Positions 34,469 to 47,700 of a DNA stretch of 64,000 bases are shown piece by piece. The notes below the pieces were generated by a model. The model made no database searches, was not told the DNA's origin, and saw only the letters and a list, made by a program, of their open reading frames with translations. Position 1 is the stretch's first letter; every line of letters begins with the position of its first letter. Source of the DNA: Nemertoderma westbladi (lineage: Eukaryota; Animalia; Xenacoelomorpha); assembly GCA_032718475.1 (NCBI GenBank), contig JAUCBJ010006805.1, positions 1-64,000 on the forward strand, in the 5' to 3' direction. A program made the translations under genes and the position numbers.

Positions 34469-35672
34469 TGTTCGCGCTTTCAGACCTTTGGCAGTTTAAC
34501 CCACCAAATTAAGATGTCTTCTAGATATTAAATCAGTTTTTAGTCTATGACAAGTATTAGATTCACTACACTAGTCGAAACCAATCCGTGCGCGACCATT
34601 CACCCGCTGGATATTCCCGGGAGATTGGGTTCGACGGTTTAATTTTATTGCTATGTAAGCCTAATGTATTATTCGACTGACAGTATTATATAATCTCTGA
34701 CAATATTATTTACCTTCGGGAATATTAACAGTTCCTTTAGGACGTGGCACTTTATCTACATAAACAGAGTTATGACTTAAACTACTCACAACGATATGGC
34801 TTAATTATAATTCACATATATGGCGCATTCTTTAGGAATGCTTCTTTAACAGACTCACTCATACACAATGCTGCACAATACTGCACACTAATCTGCCGAT
34901 CTTCACTGATTTTAGTCACATATAAAAGGAACACAGACTGACTCATGTAGGGTCTATCAAATAACATTAGATTCACTTCAAACCACTTTAACATAAGTCA
35001 CAATCGTTTATCTGTAACCTTTCTCTCTTACCTTCGGTATATCAAGAATATTGGGTGTCGGGGTTATTTCTCGTTATTCCAATATAATAATTCATCAACA
35101 AATATAATGAATAACCGACAACAAATAGCAGTATAAAACAACAACTGAACACTGATTGTTATGAGTTTGCAATGTTTCAGCAGTCAGTATGTATGATCAG
35201 TTAGCAGTGATTCCATGAGTTAAAGGATATATGCCCTTTATAATTAAACCTACTAGTGTAAGACTAAAAACTAAAACACGGAGGTGCCAAAGCCGGTTCT
35301 TAGGCTCTGGGCAAAAACATAACACTGAACTACTGAGTTTCTGTATATACCTCCAACACAAAGACAACAAACGCTCTGATTGGTCAACCTGAACAACGAG
35401 AGAACAGAGAAACAAAGAAACGTCGACGTGGCAATATCAGCTGCTAGCTGTCGTCATGGTAGCGACACTGTTTTCAAGAGTATCGAGCTTTTACGTCACG
35501 GAATTACGGATTATGTCCTCTAAAGTACAAATACAGAAGAAATAGCTCTTATGTCCGCTAAAACACCAGTACAGCAAGGACACGGCCTTTTTATGCCTGG
35601 TAAACCAACTACAGAGTACTTTACGGGAAAAATAAGGAAAAATAACCGGACAATTCAGTAAAAGCTTTTACA
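34469..35672 (-). repeat. 5' LTR of A2
   Basis: TG..CA ends. On the minus strand: CCAAT at 35379-35383, TATATA at 35344-35349, TCAGT at 35324-35328. Confidence 0.95.
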
Positions 35673-35965
35673 GTGGCCATCTACGCGCACCATGCATATA
35701 CCACGCCGTTATATTATATTATATCGTTTGCCAACTCATCGATTTACGCAGAACCCAATAATTTTCAATTGTACTGTATTTCCCTACCAACTAATCAACC
35801 AACCAATAAACCGAATTTAGGCTATTTCTCAGTTTAAGACCTGTATTATTTTTGAAAATATCTTATATATAATCTCTTGCTTTAATCACAATTAATCATT
35901 TATAATGGTTTTAGTTTAAAAGTTTTTACTTTGTTTGTTTGATTTACAATACAATAAATTAAATA

Positions 35966-36409
35966 ATGTCTTCTGATTCCGATATGGTTATGCCTGTAGT
36001 AAGGCATTCATTTTTTGCAGAAGATGGTGAAGCCTATATTGTTATTGATTATACAATTTACTGTCGAGGAGATGATAAATATAAAATCGATTTTTCTGAA
36101 AAAGCTAGGAAAGTTTTAAGCTCCATTGATATTGATGCTTCTGAAAATAGCATTCATCTCTTAGATTACAACCTAAAAGTTGATCATGTGGGAAAATTAA
36201 TCAACATCTTACTATTATCCATGATAGAGGGGTTAATTGTTATTACACAATACAACGAAGCTGGTGAAAAGTTTGAAATACGGCTAAATCGGCATAACCC
36301 CTACGAAATTATGACATTCTTTATTGTAATGATTTCAAAAGAATCCTTTGTCGAAACTGAAGAATCAACAGATAATGTGGAATTTGTTGAAAATATCATT
36401 GATTCTTGA
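35966..36409 (+). CDS. Hypothetical 147-aa Polinton-associated protein (copy 1)
   Basis: Clean ATG-to-stop ORF in AT-rich context, upstream of the RING and ATPase genes. Confidence 0.6.
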   Translation: MSSDSDMVMPVVRHSFFAEDGEAYIVIDYTIYCRGDDKYKIDFSEKARKVLSSIDIDASENSIHLLDYNLKVDHVGKLINILLLSMIEGLIVITQYNEAGEKFEIRLNRHNPYEIMTFFIVMISKESFVETEESTDNVEFVENIIDS

Positions 36410-36589
36410 CTTTTCCCCCTATATTATAAATATTTTATGATTATTTTTAAAATTTTGATCTTTTTAATTATGAAAAAAAATCAAATTTTAAATAATCGAA
36501 AATTGTAGTAGTATTTGTATATACAGTATATCAGATTTGTTTGTTGTGTATTGAGGTAATTATTTTCAATTTACTTTAAAATTTGGAAA

Positions 36590-37039
36590 ATTGATATTTT
36601 AAATGAAAAATGTCCAGTTTGCTATTCTAAGTTATTGCAACATCGAGATTATTATAAATGTGAAAATAAACATGCAACTTGCGTACGATGTATTGTACAA
36701 TATTCCGAAATGAATAATTATTGTTCTAAAATTTGTCCTATTTGTCGCGCACCCATATCTAAGTTAAATATAAAATTGGCGAGATACCAACCCTATTATT
36801 GGAAAGAACTACGAAATATAACTTATAGTTTCTGCGGAAAGTAATGATCCTGGAGATTTATTTACAATATTGGAGAATATTTTTTATAGAAATGTAGTAC
36901 GACAGTGTTGCTATTATGTTCCTTATTTTTTTAGCAGCAAACATAAAAAAATCATTAGCGCAAAATTCCCGGGAAGTGATTTCCAATCCGCTGATGTTAC
37001 CTATCATTATTTCGCGTATAAAGATGCTCACGATGCTTG
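36590..37039 (+). pseudogene. RING-finger (C3HC4) protein, copy 1 (start codon lost; probable frameshift at ~36838)
   Basis: CPVC..CENKHATCVRC..CPICR. ATT replaces the ATG seen in copy 2. An alternative frame continues open to 37039. Confidence 0.7.
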
Positions 37040-37264
37040 AAATTACATTGAAAATGAGTCTATACTATAATTGGAAATAGTACCTTTTGTTGCAGCGAGC
37101 GTCACATACTGTAGTTGCGTCATATGTTAATTAAATATACAGTACTCTAATATTGTAGTTGCATCAATTATTGTTATATACATAGTAATGGTGATGGTTT
37201 ATTGATATTTATATTATATTATATTATATTATATTGTATTGTTGATATATCTTAATAATAATAA

Positions 37265-37900
37265 ATGGCTGACTTTAATTCAGGTCCATATAATTTAAAC
37301 TTTCAAATGGGAACGAGTATGATAATTTCTGGCCCATCTGGTTCCGGAAAGTCTACATTTGTCGGTAATTTAATTAAACACAAGAATGGTTGTTTTAACG
37401 AACCCCCCTTGCGAGTATTCTATTGTTACGGGAGCAATCCCCCGACTATTCCCGGTATTACACACCTTTACAAAGGTTTGCCTGAAAATATAGAGAGTTT
37501 AGTGAATAGTCGAGATTTATTAATTATAGATGATTTATTAACAGAAACTGAGTCCAGTACAGCTTTAACTGTATTGTTTACTAAGGTAGCTCATCATTCC
37601 AATATATTTATTTGTTTTATAACACAAAACATGTTTTACGGTGGGAAGCATAACCGCACAAGATCAATTAATAGCCATACCTTAGTATTAATGAAAAATC
37701 TGCGAGACAGTTTATCGGTTTTAAATTTCGCGAAGCAGATGTTACCAGGGCAGACCAAATTTTTAGTAGATTCCTATCAAGATGCGACTATTGAACCATT
37801 TTCACATTTCTTAATTGATTTACGACAGGAAACACCCGAACATTTAAGATTTAGATCGCTCAAAAAAAGTCTATCACTGCACTTGAATGCTCGTACATAA
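37265..37900 (+). CDS. Polinton/Maverick A32-like (FtsK/HerA) DNA packaging ATPase, C-terminally truncated (copy 1)
   Basis: Walker A GPSGSGKST, Walker B LLIIDDL, LFTKVAHHSNIFICFITQNMF, LMKNLRD, FLIDLRQETPEHLRFRS. Confidence 0.88.
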   Translation: MADFNSGPYNLNFQMGTSMIISGPSGSGKSTFVGNLIKHKNGCFNEPPLRVFYCYGSNPPTIPGITHLYKGLPENIESLVNSRDLLIIDDLLTETESSTALTVLFTKVAHHSNIFICFITQNMFYGGKHNRTRSINSHTLVLMKNLRDSLSVLNFAKQMLPGQTKFLVDSYQDATIEPFSHFLIDLRQETPEHLRFRSLKKSLSLHLNART

Positions 37901-39264
37901 TAGTTCGCATGGTGGAAGGCATGGTTTCGTGTTTCCATTTTGTATATTTAACGGACCAAAATTAGTCTATGTTAGTAGAATGGTACGGTGTATGTTAATT
38001 AAAACAGAAAAGTTAAGTCCTGAAATTAAATGACCAAATACAGATGCTTTTCAAATTTCCCACCAATTAGTGTGCCATAGAATCATTACTAAATTTGCCA
38101 TTACAGAGAAGGGACAGTCCCTCACTGTAATGGCATCTGGGACAATTACAGGGTCATTACATGGAGGGACAAATTGATCTTGATATTGAATGTGTAGGGA
38201 TCACACTTTAATATTGAAGTTGGAAGTACAATGTAACAATGGCTGTATTGCCCATGTTTTAATCTGCTATAATAACTTTACTTTGTTAATTCAAAATGTT
38301 ACATGCAAATTTATATGCAGAATTAGTAATGGGAAACATGGGACAAAACATCTTGAACATACCGGGTTTGTCACATATAGATGTTAAAATCTCGGCAACT
38401 ACTGGATCGTTTTCAATAAGGTTTTTTTTATTGTGTTCTGTAATAATTGAGGCTGGATTTGCGCATCATCATACCGACTGATAACTTCTTATAGCTTCTT
38501 TCGAACCTCTATTGAACATTTGGGACATTACAGGGGTCATATTGAAATTTAATAATATTTTATGCTGTTACTGGAACGGAAGTATTTGTATCCTCCAAAA
38601 ACTGATCTGGGAATGTAGGAAATTTTTCAAGCTTCCGAATGATATATAGTTTGTACACCAAGGACCATAATGGGGTCATTCTACTGCTCTCTAAATGTTA
38701 TGCAAATTCTTTAAACAAGTGTTAAAAATGCTATTTTTTTAGCGTTTGACAGAGAAATATGGTAATATGCAGGGATTTTTCAACCCTGAAAACATGATGA
38801 GCAGAATTTTCAGGCCTAGTTTCATATATAAAACATTTTACCGTTTAAAAATTCACCAATCTAAACTGAAATTACGTTCCGGACAATTTCTAAGTCGGGC
38901 TTGGCCACTTTTGTTGAGAATGACCCAATTGCATTTTCGATATTAGGCCCGCCTCACATGACACAACTTTTGTTGGACATAAAGGCTCCTATCCCAAATA
39001 GATTTAAAAAATGTTGATTAATCATCTTAACCCAACAGACGTTACCCCGTGTGAGGAGGAGGGCCTTAGAATCTTTGTATCATTTTACTAAAATACTCAT
39101 GTCAAATTATCAAATTAACAAGATGTAATAATTAAATATAAGATAATAATTATATAAATTTAACACGTAGCACCATTGTTAAATAATAGTCAAATATAAG
39201 ATAATATTATATAATTTTAACATGTAGCACCAATGAGAAATAATATTTAAATCAAAGATAATAA

Positions 39265-40139
39265 TTAGGAGCCCGCTCGACAGCGGTATACTTACTGTAA
39301 AAATCTCAGGTTATATAACACTGTGACTGACTGACTGACTCACTCACTCACTCACTGATAATAATCCAGGTTCAGGCACTTCCTGCCTGACGTTTTTGAT
39401 GAAATTTTGCAAGTACATTGCTTTGGTGGTTCATAATCGCGTTACAAAATTTCAGATCGATTCTATGTGTGGTATTCAAAATATTTCGTTTTTTTTTGAC
39501 ATTATTTTGTCGCGAAATTATATTTATTTAGACACTTAACTCAACTTAATTTAGACAATTAACAGCTGTGGCAAAGGAATACATAGAGAGTTGGCTTTAG
39601 GAGTATTATTGGTGGGCCGACCTGACCCATTAGAATACATCAAAGGCAGCCTTATTAATTAAGTAGAAAAGCCATCAAGCTGGCTATAAGAAGACCGCCC
39701 ATAGACAAACGTAGTGTAGTCGGTTCCCTTCACAATGAACAGCTTTGCTTACAATCTGAGAGAGTAATCCCAGCCCCTAAATGTCATTATAAACCTAACA
39801 TTTAAACGACCCTGTGCTTAATTTAATCAGCTGGCCTACTACCTAACATAGCAGTGAGTAACCTTGTAGATATTCACATAGGATTCACTGGGAAGAGATA
39901 TTCATCTAACGGGGTAATACATTTAGAAGGAAACTAAATTTATTATTTGGCTCTATTCGTTGTTATTTATCTGGTTGAGCATCACGGGCATTTTTTCATA
40001 AATATTCGGTAATTCGGTAAACGCATTTGATATAATACAATTATTTGCATCATATTATATTTTTGTTAGTGGTAGCAAAGTTTAATTTCTTATTATGTGG
40101 GACGAGCCACAAAGTCAGATAGCCTCACGCCTAACTAGT
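39265..40139 (+). mobile_element. Non-autonomous Helitron/Helentron-like element (copy at 46123-46997)
   Basis: (CTGA)n(CTCA)n microsatellite near the 5' end and an ACTAG|T 3' end. Interrupts a ~53-bp AT-rich repeat (AAGATAATAATTATATA..ACGTAGCACCA). Confidence 0.5.
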
Positions 40140-42823
40140 TTAGACAATTATTGTTTAGTTTACTTACTGCTGACTGACATAGTTCATTTGTAATAAATAG
40201 TCTTGGCTAGGATTATTCTCCCGGGCTCCTTCCAGCCAGCTTGCTGGCTTTCTACTTATAGATATATTTGATAAGTAGCACCTTATAAAGTAGCACCGAT
40301 AAATAGTACTTTAACATAAAAAAGGTAATGATTATATAAAAAATTTGGACACGTAGCACCAATGATAAATAATACTTTGAAACAGAAAAGAACAAGTAGT
40401 GCGATTTGAAAAAAGAATAATTTCGTTTCTTAACGTTTCGTTTTCGGAACGTTTCTTATAATGAAATACCTCTTCAGCAAAAAAAACAACTAGGTACAAA
40501 TTACATTAATTACTGTATTATAATTACAGAAAATAACCTAAATTAAAATAAAGGCAAATGTAAACAAAATTAACAAATAATATGCGAGAGATAATTACGT
40601 ACTAGAATAAATAGGAAATATTAGATTATATATGAAATAGTTAGGCAGACAGCTAATTTTACTAAGTATAGTACAATAAAGCAAAATATCTGAAAAAAAT
40701 ATAGAAAAATTATGGTACCGGTAGCAAAGCAGAGACAGTAGGTAGGGTGTATAGTGCTGTAGTAAGAATAGATACAGTACAGTATAATATAGTAGATAAG
40801 ATGATATTATAACTACTGTAAAATAGATGTAGAGGGAAGGAAGTGCCGTGTACATTTAGTGAAGGTCTTAAATCAGCTGGCCGAGGTTTTTTTTACTACT
40901 AAAGTTTTTTTACTTTTTTTTAAATAGTATTTTAACATAAGATAATAATTATATAATTTTGACACGAAGCACGGAAACACGAGCACCAATGATAAATAAT
41001 ACTAATTATGTATAAGATAAGAATTGTATAATTTTACAGAATTTTATGAATAAAATTAGGCCAAAAAATATTAATACGACTTATAAAAGATATGTTATAT
41101 GAAATTGATGTTTAAACTTCTGTGCCCAACACAATTACCAGATACTATATTTGTATGTTGATTTAATTATTATTGCGTACCCAACATTTAACGATCAGGA
41201 ATTCAGGCACATTTAATCTATTAATATACTATGATTTATGCTATTAAAATTATTTAAGATTGTGCAGGTGTTAATAATATTTGTTTCGATTTGGTATTTA
41301 TACTTGTACATAGATAATGGCAGAATAAACCCAAACAAAATCGAAACTCAACCTTCATTTTCATAAATCATCTAACTACTACTTCTACTATTCACAAAAT
41401 TATGGAACAAGATCAGTAACTGAAAATAAGTTTCAACACCCTCTGTGAAATTAAATGTAGCCATTTCGAACTTCATTAACGATTAATATACGGAACTGAT
41501 GTATCTATGTACCTTGTAATAGTCCCTTCTGATTATTTTTAACAGGAAAAAAACCGATGGTACTACCATGTGAACTATATTAAAAAACTGAATAAACTTC
41601 CAATTTTGTGACAATTTGAAAAAATGTGATTCCCTCTCCCCAGACGCATTCCGTATCATTGTGGCCAACTCTATGGCTGGGATCGGGAACCCATGGATAA
41701 GCGCGATTTCTTCTGGGCAGATAAGCTTTCTATTAGCGCAGTGGGTATTCAAGAGCACCGAATGCATACTGGACAGACTGACGAGGTTCTGATAAAGGAA
41801 ATGGGGGGCGGTTGGCGACTCGCTACGAAGCTACAGTGAACGATCAATCATGGCGCAGTTTCGGTCCGGTGTTTTGCCGTTGGGTATTGAAGTGGGTCGA
41901 TATCAGGGCAAACCCTTAGAAGATAGAATATGTTGTCTATGTAAGTCGGGCGAAATTGAAGACGAAAGTCATTTCTTGTATAAATGTGACGCCCTAGATA
42001 GGAGTCTCTTCCCACAAGATTTTTATGATGTTGAGAATAGCCAGAAGTTGAAATTTATAATTATTTATTGATTATATAATTAATTATTGTTATATTTATA
42101 ATTAAACCTACTAGTGTAAGACTAAAAACTAAAACACGGAGGTGCCAAAGCCGGTTCTTAGGCTCTGGGCAAAAACATAACACTGAACTACTGAGTTTCT
42201 GTATATACCTCCAACACAAAGACAACAAACGCTCTGATTGGTCAACCTGAACAACGAGAGAACAGAGAAACAAAGAAACGTCGACGTGGCAATATCAGCT
42301 GCTAGCTGTCGTCATGGTAGCGACACTGTTTTCAAGAGTATCGAGCTTTTACGTCACGGAATTACGGATTATGTCCTCTAAAGTACAAATACAGAAGAAA
42401 TAGCTCTTATGTCCGCTAAAACACCAGTACAGCAAGGACACGGCCTTTTTATGCCTGGTAAACCAACTACAGAGTACTTTACGGGAAAAATAAGGAAAAA
42501 TAACCGGACAATTCAGTAAAAGCTTTTACAGTGGCCATCTACGCGCACCATGCATATACCACGCCGTTATATTATATTATATCGTTTGCCAACTCATCGA
42601 TTTACGCAGAACCCAATAATTTTCAATTGTACTGTATTTCCCTACCAACTAATCAACCAACCAATAAACCGAATTTAGGCTATTTCTCAGTTTAAGACCT
42701 GTATTATTTTTGAAAATATCTTATATATAATCTCTTGCTTTAATCACAATTAATCATTTATAATGGTTTTAGTTTAAAAGTTTTTACTTTGTTTGTTTGA
42801 TTTACAATACAATAAATTAAATA

Positions 42824-43267
42824 ATGTCTTCTGATTCCGATATGGTTATGCCTGTAGTAAGGCATTCATTTTTTGCAGAAGATGGTGAAGCCTATATTGT
42901 TATTGATTATACAATTTACTGTCGAGGAGATGATAAATATAAAATCGATTTTTCTGAAAAAGCTAGGAAAGTTTTAAGCTCCATTGATATTGATGCTTCT
43001 GAAAATAGCATTCATCTCTTAGATTACAACCTAAAAGTTGATCATGTGGGAAAATTAATCAACATCTTACTATTATCCATGATAGAGGGGTTAATTGTTA
43101 TTACACAATACAACGAAGCTGGTGAAAAGTTTGAAATACGGCTAAATCGGCATAACCCCTACGAAATTATGACATTCTTTATTGTAATGATTTCAAAAGA
43201 ATCCTTTGTCGAAACTGAAGAATCAACAGATAATGTGGAATTTGTTGAAAATATCATTGATTCTTGA
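42824..43267 (+). CDS. Hypothetical 147-aa Polinton-associated protein (copy 2)
   Basis: Identical translation to 35966-36409. Confidence 0.6.
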   Translation: MSSDSDMVMPVVRHSFFAEDGEAYIVIDYTIYCRGDDKYKIDFSEKARKVLSSIDIDASENSIHLLDYNLKVDHVGKLINILLLSMIEGLIVITQYNEAGEKFEIRLNRHNPYEIMTFFIVMISKESFVETEESTDNVEFVENIIDS

Positions 43268-43447
43268 CTTTTCCCCCTATATTATAAATATTTTATGATT
43301 ATTTTTAAAATTTTGATCTTTTTAATTATGAAAAAAAATCAAATTTTAAATAATCGAAAATTGTAGTAGTATTTGTATATACAGTATATCAGATTTGTTT
43401 GTTGTGTATTGAGGTAATTATTTTCAATTTACTTTAAAATTTGGAAA

Positions 43448-43702
43448 ATGGATATTTTAAATGAAAAATGTCCAGTTTGCTATTCTAAGTTATTGCAACA
43501 TCGAGATTATTATAAATGTGAAAATAAACATGCAACTTGCGTACGATGTATTGTACAATATTCCGAAATGAATAATTATTGTTCTAAAATTTGTCCTATT
43601 TGTCGCGCACCCATATCTAAGTTAAATATAAAATTGGCGAGATACCAACCCTATTATTGGAAAGAACTACGAAATATAACTTATAGTTTCTGCGGAAAGT
43701 AA
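43448..43702 (+). CDS. RING-finger (C3HC4) protein (copy 2)
   Basis: MDILNEKCPVC..C..H..C..C..CPICR. Confidence 0.75.
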   Translation: MDILNEKCPVCYSKLLQHRDYYKCENKHATCVRCIVQYSEMNNYCSKICPICRAPISKLNIKLARYQPYYWKELRNITYSFCGK

Positions 43703-44122
43703 TGATCCTGGAGATTTATTTACAATATTGGAGAATATTTTTTATAGAAATGTAGTACGACAGTGTTGCTATTATGTTCCTTATTTTTTTAGCAGCAAAC
43801 ATAAAAAAATCATTAGCGCAAAATTCCCGGGAAGTGATTTCCAATCCGCTGATGTTACCTATCATTATTTCGCGTATAAAGATGCTCACGATGCTTGAAA
43901 TTACATTGAAAATGAGTCTATACTATAATTGGAAATAGTACCTTTTGTTGCAGCGAGCGTCACATACTGTAGTTGCGTCATATGTTAATTAAATATACAG
44001 TACTCTAATATTGTAGTTGCATCAATTATTGTTATATACATAGTAATGGTGATGGTTTATTGATATTTATATTATATTATATTATATTATATTGTATTGT
44101 TGATATATCTTAATAATAATAA

Positions 44123-44758
44123 ATGGCTGACTTTAATTCAGGTCCATATAATTTAAACTTTCAAATGGGAACGAGTATGATAATTTCTGGCCCATCTGGT
44201 TCCGGAAAGTCTACATTTGTCGGTAATTTAATTAAACACAAGAATGGTTGTTTTAACGAACCCCCCTTGCGAGTATTCTATTGTTACGGGAGCAATCCCC
44301 CGACTATTCCCGGTATTACACACCTTTACAAAGGTTTGCCTGAAAATATAGAGAGTTTAGTGAATAGTCGAGATTTATTAATTATAGATGATTTATTAAC
44401 AGAAACTGAGTCCAGTACAGCTTTAACTGTATTGTTTACTAAGGTAGCTCATCATTCCAATATATTTATTTGTTTTATAACACAAAACATGTTTTACGGT
44501 GGGAAGCATAACCGCACAAGATCAATTAATAGCCATACCTTAGTATTAATGAAAAATCTGCGAGACAGTTTATCGGTTTTAAATTTCGCGAAGCAGATGT
44601 TACCAGGGCAGACCAAATTTTTAGTAGATTCCTATCAAGATGCGACTATTGAACCATTTTCACATTTCTTAATTGATTTACGACAGGAAACACCCGAACA
44701 TTTAAGATTTAGATCGCTCAAAAAAAGTCTATCACTGCACTTGAATGCTCGTACATAA
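44123..44758 (+). CDS. Polinton packaging ATPase (copy 2)
   Basis: Identical translation to 37265-37900. Confidence 0.88.
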   Translation: MADFNSGPYNLNFQMGTSMIISGPSGSGKSTFVGNLIKHKNGCFNEPPLRVFYCYGSNPPTIPGITHLYKGLPENIESLVNSRDLLIIDDLLTETESSTALTVLFTKVAHHSNIFICFITQNMFYGGKHNRTRSINSHTLVLMKNLRDSLSVLNFAKQMLPGQTKFLVDSYQDATIEPFSHFLIDLRQETPEHLRFRSLKKSLSLHLNART

Positions 44759-47700
44759 TAGTTCGCATGGTGGAAGGCATGGTTTCGTGTTTCCATTTTG
44801 TATATTTAACGGACCAAAATTAGTCTATGTTAGTAGAATGGTACGGTGTATGTTAATTAAAACAGAAAAGTTAAGTCCTGAAATTAAATGACCAAATACA
44901 GATGCTTTTCAAATTTCCCACCAATTAGTGTGCCATAGAATCATTACTAAATTTGCCATTACAGAGAAGGGACAGTCCCTCACTGTAATGGCATCTGGGA
45001 CAATTACAGGGTCATTACATGGAGGGACAAATTGATCTTGATATTGAATGTGTAGGGATCACACTTTAATATTGAAGTTGGAAGTACAATGTAACAATGG
45101 CTGTATTGCCCATGTTTTAATCTGCTATAATAACTTTACTTTGTTAATTCAAAATGTTACATGCAAATTTATATGCAGAATTAGTAATGGGAAACATGGG
45201 ACAAAACATCTTGAACATACCGGGTTTGTCACATATAGATGTTAAAATCTCGGCAACTACTGGATCGTTTTCAATAAGGTTTTTTTTATTGTGTTCTGTA
45301 ATAATTGAGGCTGGATTTGCGCATCATCATACCGACTGATAACTTCTTATAGCTTCTTTCGAACCTCTATTGAACATTTGGGACATTACAGGGGTCATAT
45401 TGAAATTTAATAATATTTTATGCTGTTACTGGAACGGAAGTATTTGTATCCTCCAAAAACTGATCTGGGAATGTAGGAAATTTTTCAAGCTTCCGAATGA
45501 TATATAGTTTGTACACCAAGGACCATAATGGGGTCATTCTACTGCTCTCTAAATGTTATGCAAATTCTTTAAACAAGTGTTAAAAATGCTATTTTTTTAG
45601 CGTTTGACAGAGAAATATGGTAATATGCAGGGATTTTTCAACCCTGAAAACATGATGAGCAGAATTTTCAGGCCTAGTTTCATATATAAAACATTTTACC
45701 GTTTAAAAATTCACCAATCTAAACAGAAATTACGTTCCGGACAATTTCTAAGTCGGGTTTGGCCACTTTTGTTGAGAATGACCCAATTGCATTTTCGATA
45801 TTAGGCCCGCCTCACATGACACAACTTTTGTTGGACATAAAGGCTCCTATCCCAAATAGATTTAAAAAATGTTGATTAATCATCTTAACCCAACAGACGT
45901 TACCCCGTGTGAGGAGGAGGGCCTTAGAATCTTTGTATCATTTTACTAAAATACTCATGTCAAATTATCAAATTAACAAGATGTAATAATTAAATATAAG
46001 ATAATAATTATATAAATTTAACACGTAGCACCATTGTTAAATAATAGTCAAATATAAGATAATATTATATAATTTTAACATGTAGCACCAATGAGAAATA
46101 ATATTTAAATCAAAGATAATAATTAGGAGCCCGCTCGACAGCGGTATACTTACTGTAAAAATCTCAGGTTATATAACACTGTGACTGACTGACTGACTCA
46201 CTCACTCACTCACTGATAATAATCCAGGTTCAGGCACTTCCTGCCTGACGTTTTTGATGAAATTTTGCAAGTACATTGCTTTGGTGGTTCATAATCGCGT
46301 TACAAAATTTCAGATCGATTCTATGTGTGGTATTCAAAATATTTCGTTTTTTTTTGACATTATTTTGTCGCGAAATTATATTTATTTAGACACTTAACTC
46401 AACTTAATTTAGACAATTAACAGCTGTGGCAAAGGAATACATAGAGAGTTGGCTTTAGGAGTATTATTGGTGGGCCGACCTGACCCATTAGAATACATCA
46501 AAGGCAGCCTTATTAATTAAGTAGAAAAGCCATCAAGCTGGCTATAAGAAGACCGCCCATAGACAAACGTAGTGTAGTCGGTTCCCTTCACAATGAACAG
46601 CTTTGCTTACAATCTGAGAGAGTAATCCCAGCCCCTAAATGTCATTATAAACCTAACATTTAAACGACCCTGTGCTTAATTTAATCAGCTGGCCTACTAC
46701 CTAACATAGCAGTGAGTAACCTTGTAGATATTCACATAGGATTCACTGGGAAGAGATATTCATCTAACGGGGTAATACATTTAGAAGGAAACTAAATTTA
46801 TTATTTGGCTCTATTCGTTGTTATTTATCTGGTTGAGCATCACGGGCATTTTTTCATAAATATTCGGTAATTCGGTAAACGCATTTGATATAATACAATT
46901 ATTTGCATCATATTATATTTTTGTTAGTGGTAGCAAAGTTTAATTTCTTATTATGTGGGACGAGCCACAAAGTCAGATAGCCTCACGCCTAACTAGTTTA
47001 GACAATTATTGTTTAGTTTACTTACTGCTGACTGACATAGTTCATTTGTAATAAATAGTCTTGGCTAGGATTATTCTCCCGGGCTCCTTCCAGCCAGCTT
47101 GCTGGCTTTCTACTTATAGATATATTTGATAAGTAGCACCTTATAAAGTAGCACCGATAAATAGTACTTTAACATAAAAAAGGTAATGATTATATAAAAA
47201 ATTTGGACACGTAGCACCAATGATAAATAATACTTTGAAACAGAAAAGAACAAGTAGTGCGATTTGAAAAAAGAATAATTTCGTTTCTTAACGTTTCGTT
47301 TTCGGAACGTTTCTTATAATGAAATACCTCTTCAGCAAAAAAAACAACTAGGTACAAATTACATTAATTACTGTATTATAATTACAGAAAATAACCTAAA
47401 TTAAAATAAAGGCAAATGTAAACAAAATTAACAAATAATATGCGAGAGATAATTACGTACTAGAATAAATAGGAAATATTAGATTATATATGAAATAGTT
47501 AGGCAGACAGCTAATTTTACTAAGTATAGTACAATAAAGCAAAATATCTGAAAAAAATATAGAAAAATTATGGTACCGGTAGCAAAGCAGAGACAGTAGG
47601 TAGGGTGTATAGTGCTGTAGTAAGAATAGATACAGTACAGTATAATATAGTAGATAAGATGATATTATAACTACTGTAAAATAGATGTAGAGGGAAGGAA

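Larger units (their letters stand above)
22417..35672 (-). mobile_element. Complete non-autonomous BEL/Pao LTR retrotransposon A2
   Basis: Near-identical ~1.2-kb LTRs. 5-bp TSD GTGGC at 22412-22416 and 35673-35677. PPT-like GGGAGCGG next to the 3' LTR. gag-protease ORFs on the minus strand. Confidence 0.95.
21935..37860 (+). mobile_element. Polinton/Maverick (adintovirus-like) left-end fragment, own sequence 21935-22416 plus 35678-37860, interrupted by A2
   Basis: Begins AGTAGTAG exactly where element C pol breaks off. CCAAC/ACGCG-rich subterminal repeats continue across the A2 insertion. Encodes a packaging ATPase. Confidence 0.75.

Noticed and set aside
35160-35220. Hammerhead ribozyme next to the primer segment
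   Set aside because: CTGATCA...GAAAC does not match the CUGANGA core, differs in the other LTR, and is absent from A1.
38943-39068. Small MITE with AGGCCC...GGGCCT ends
   Set aside because: The inverted repeats are short and imperfect and cannot be supported without other genomic copies.
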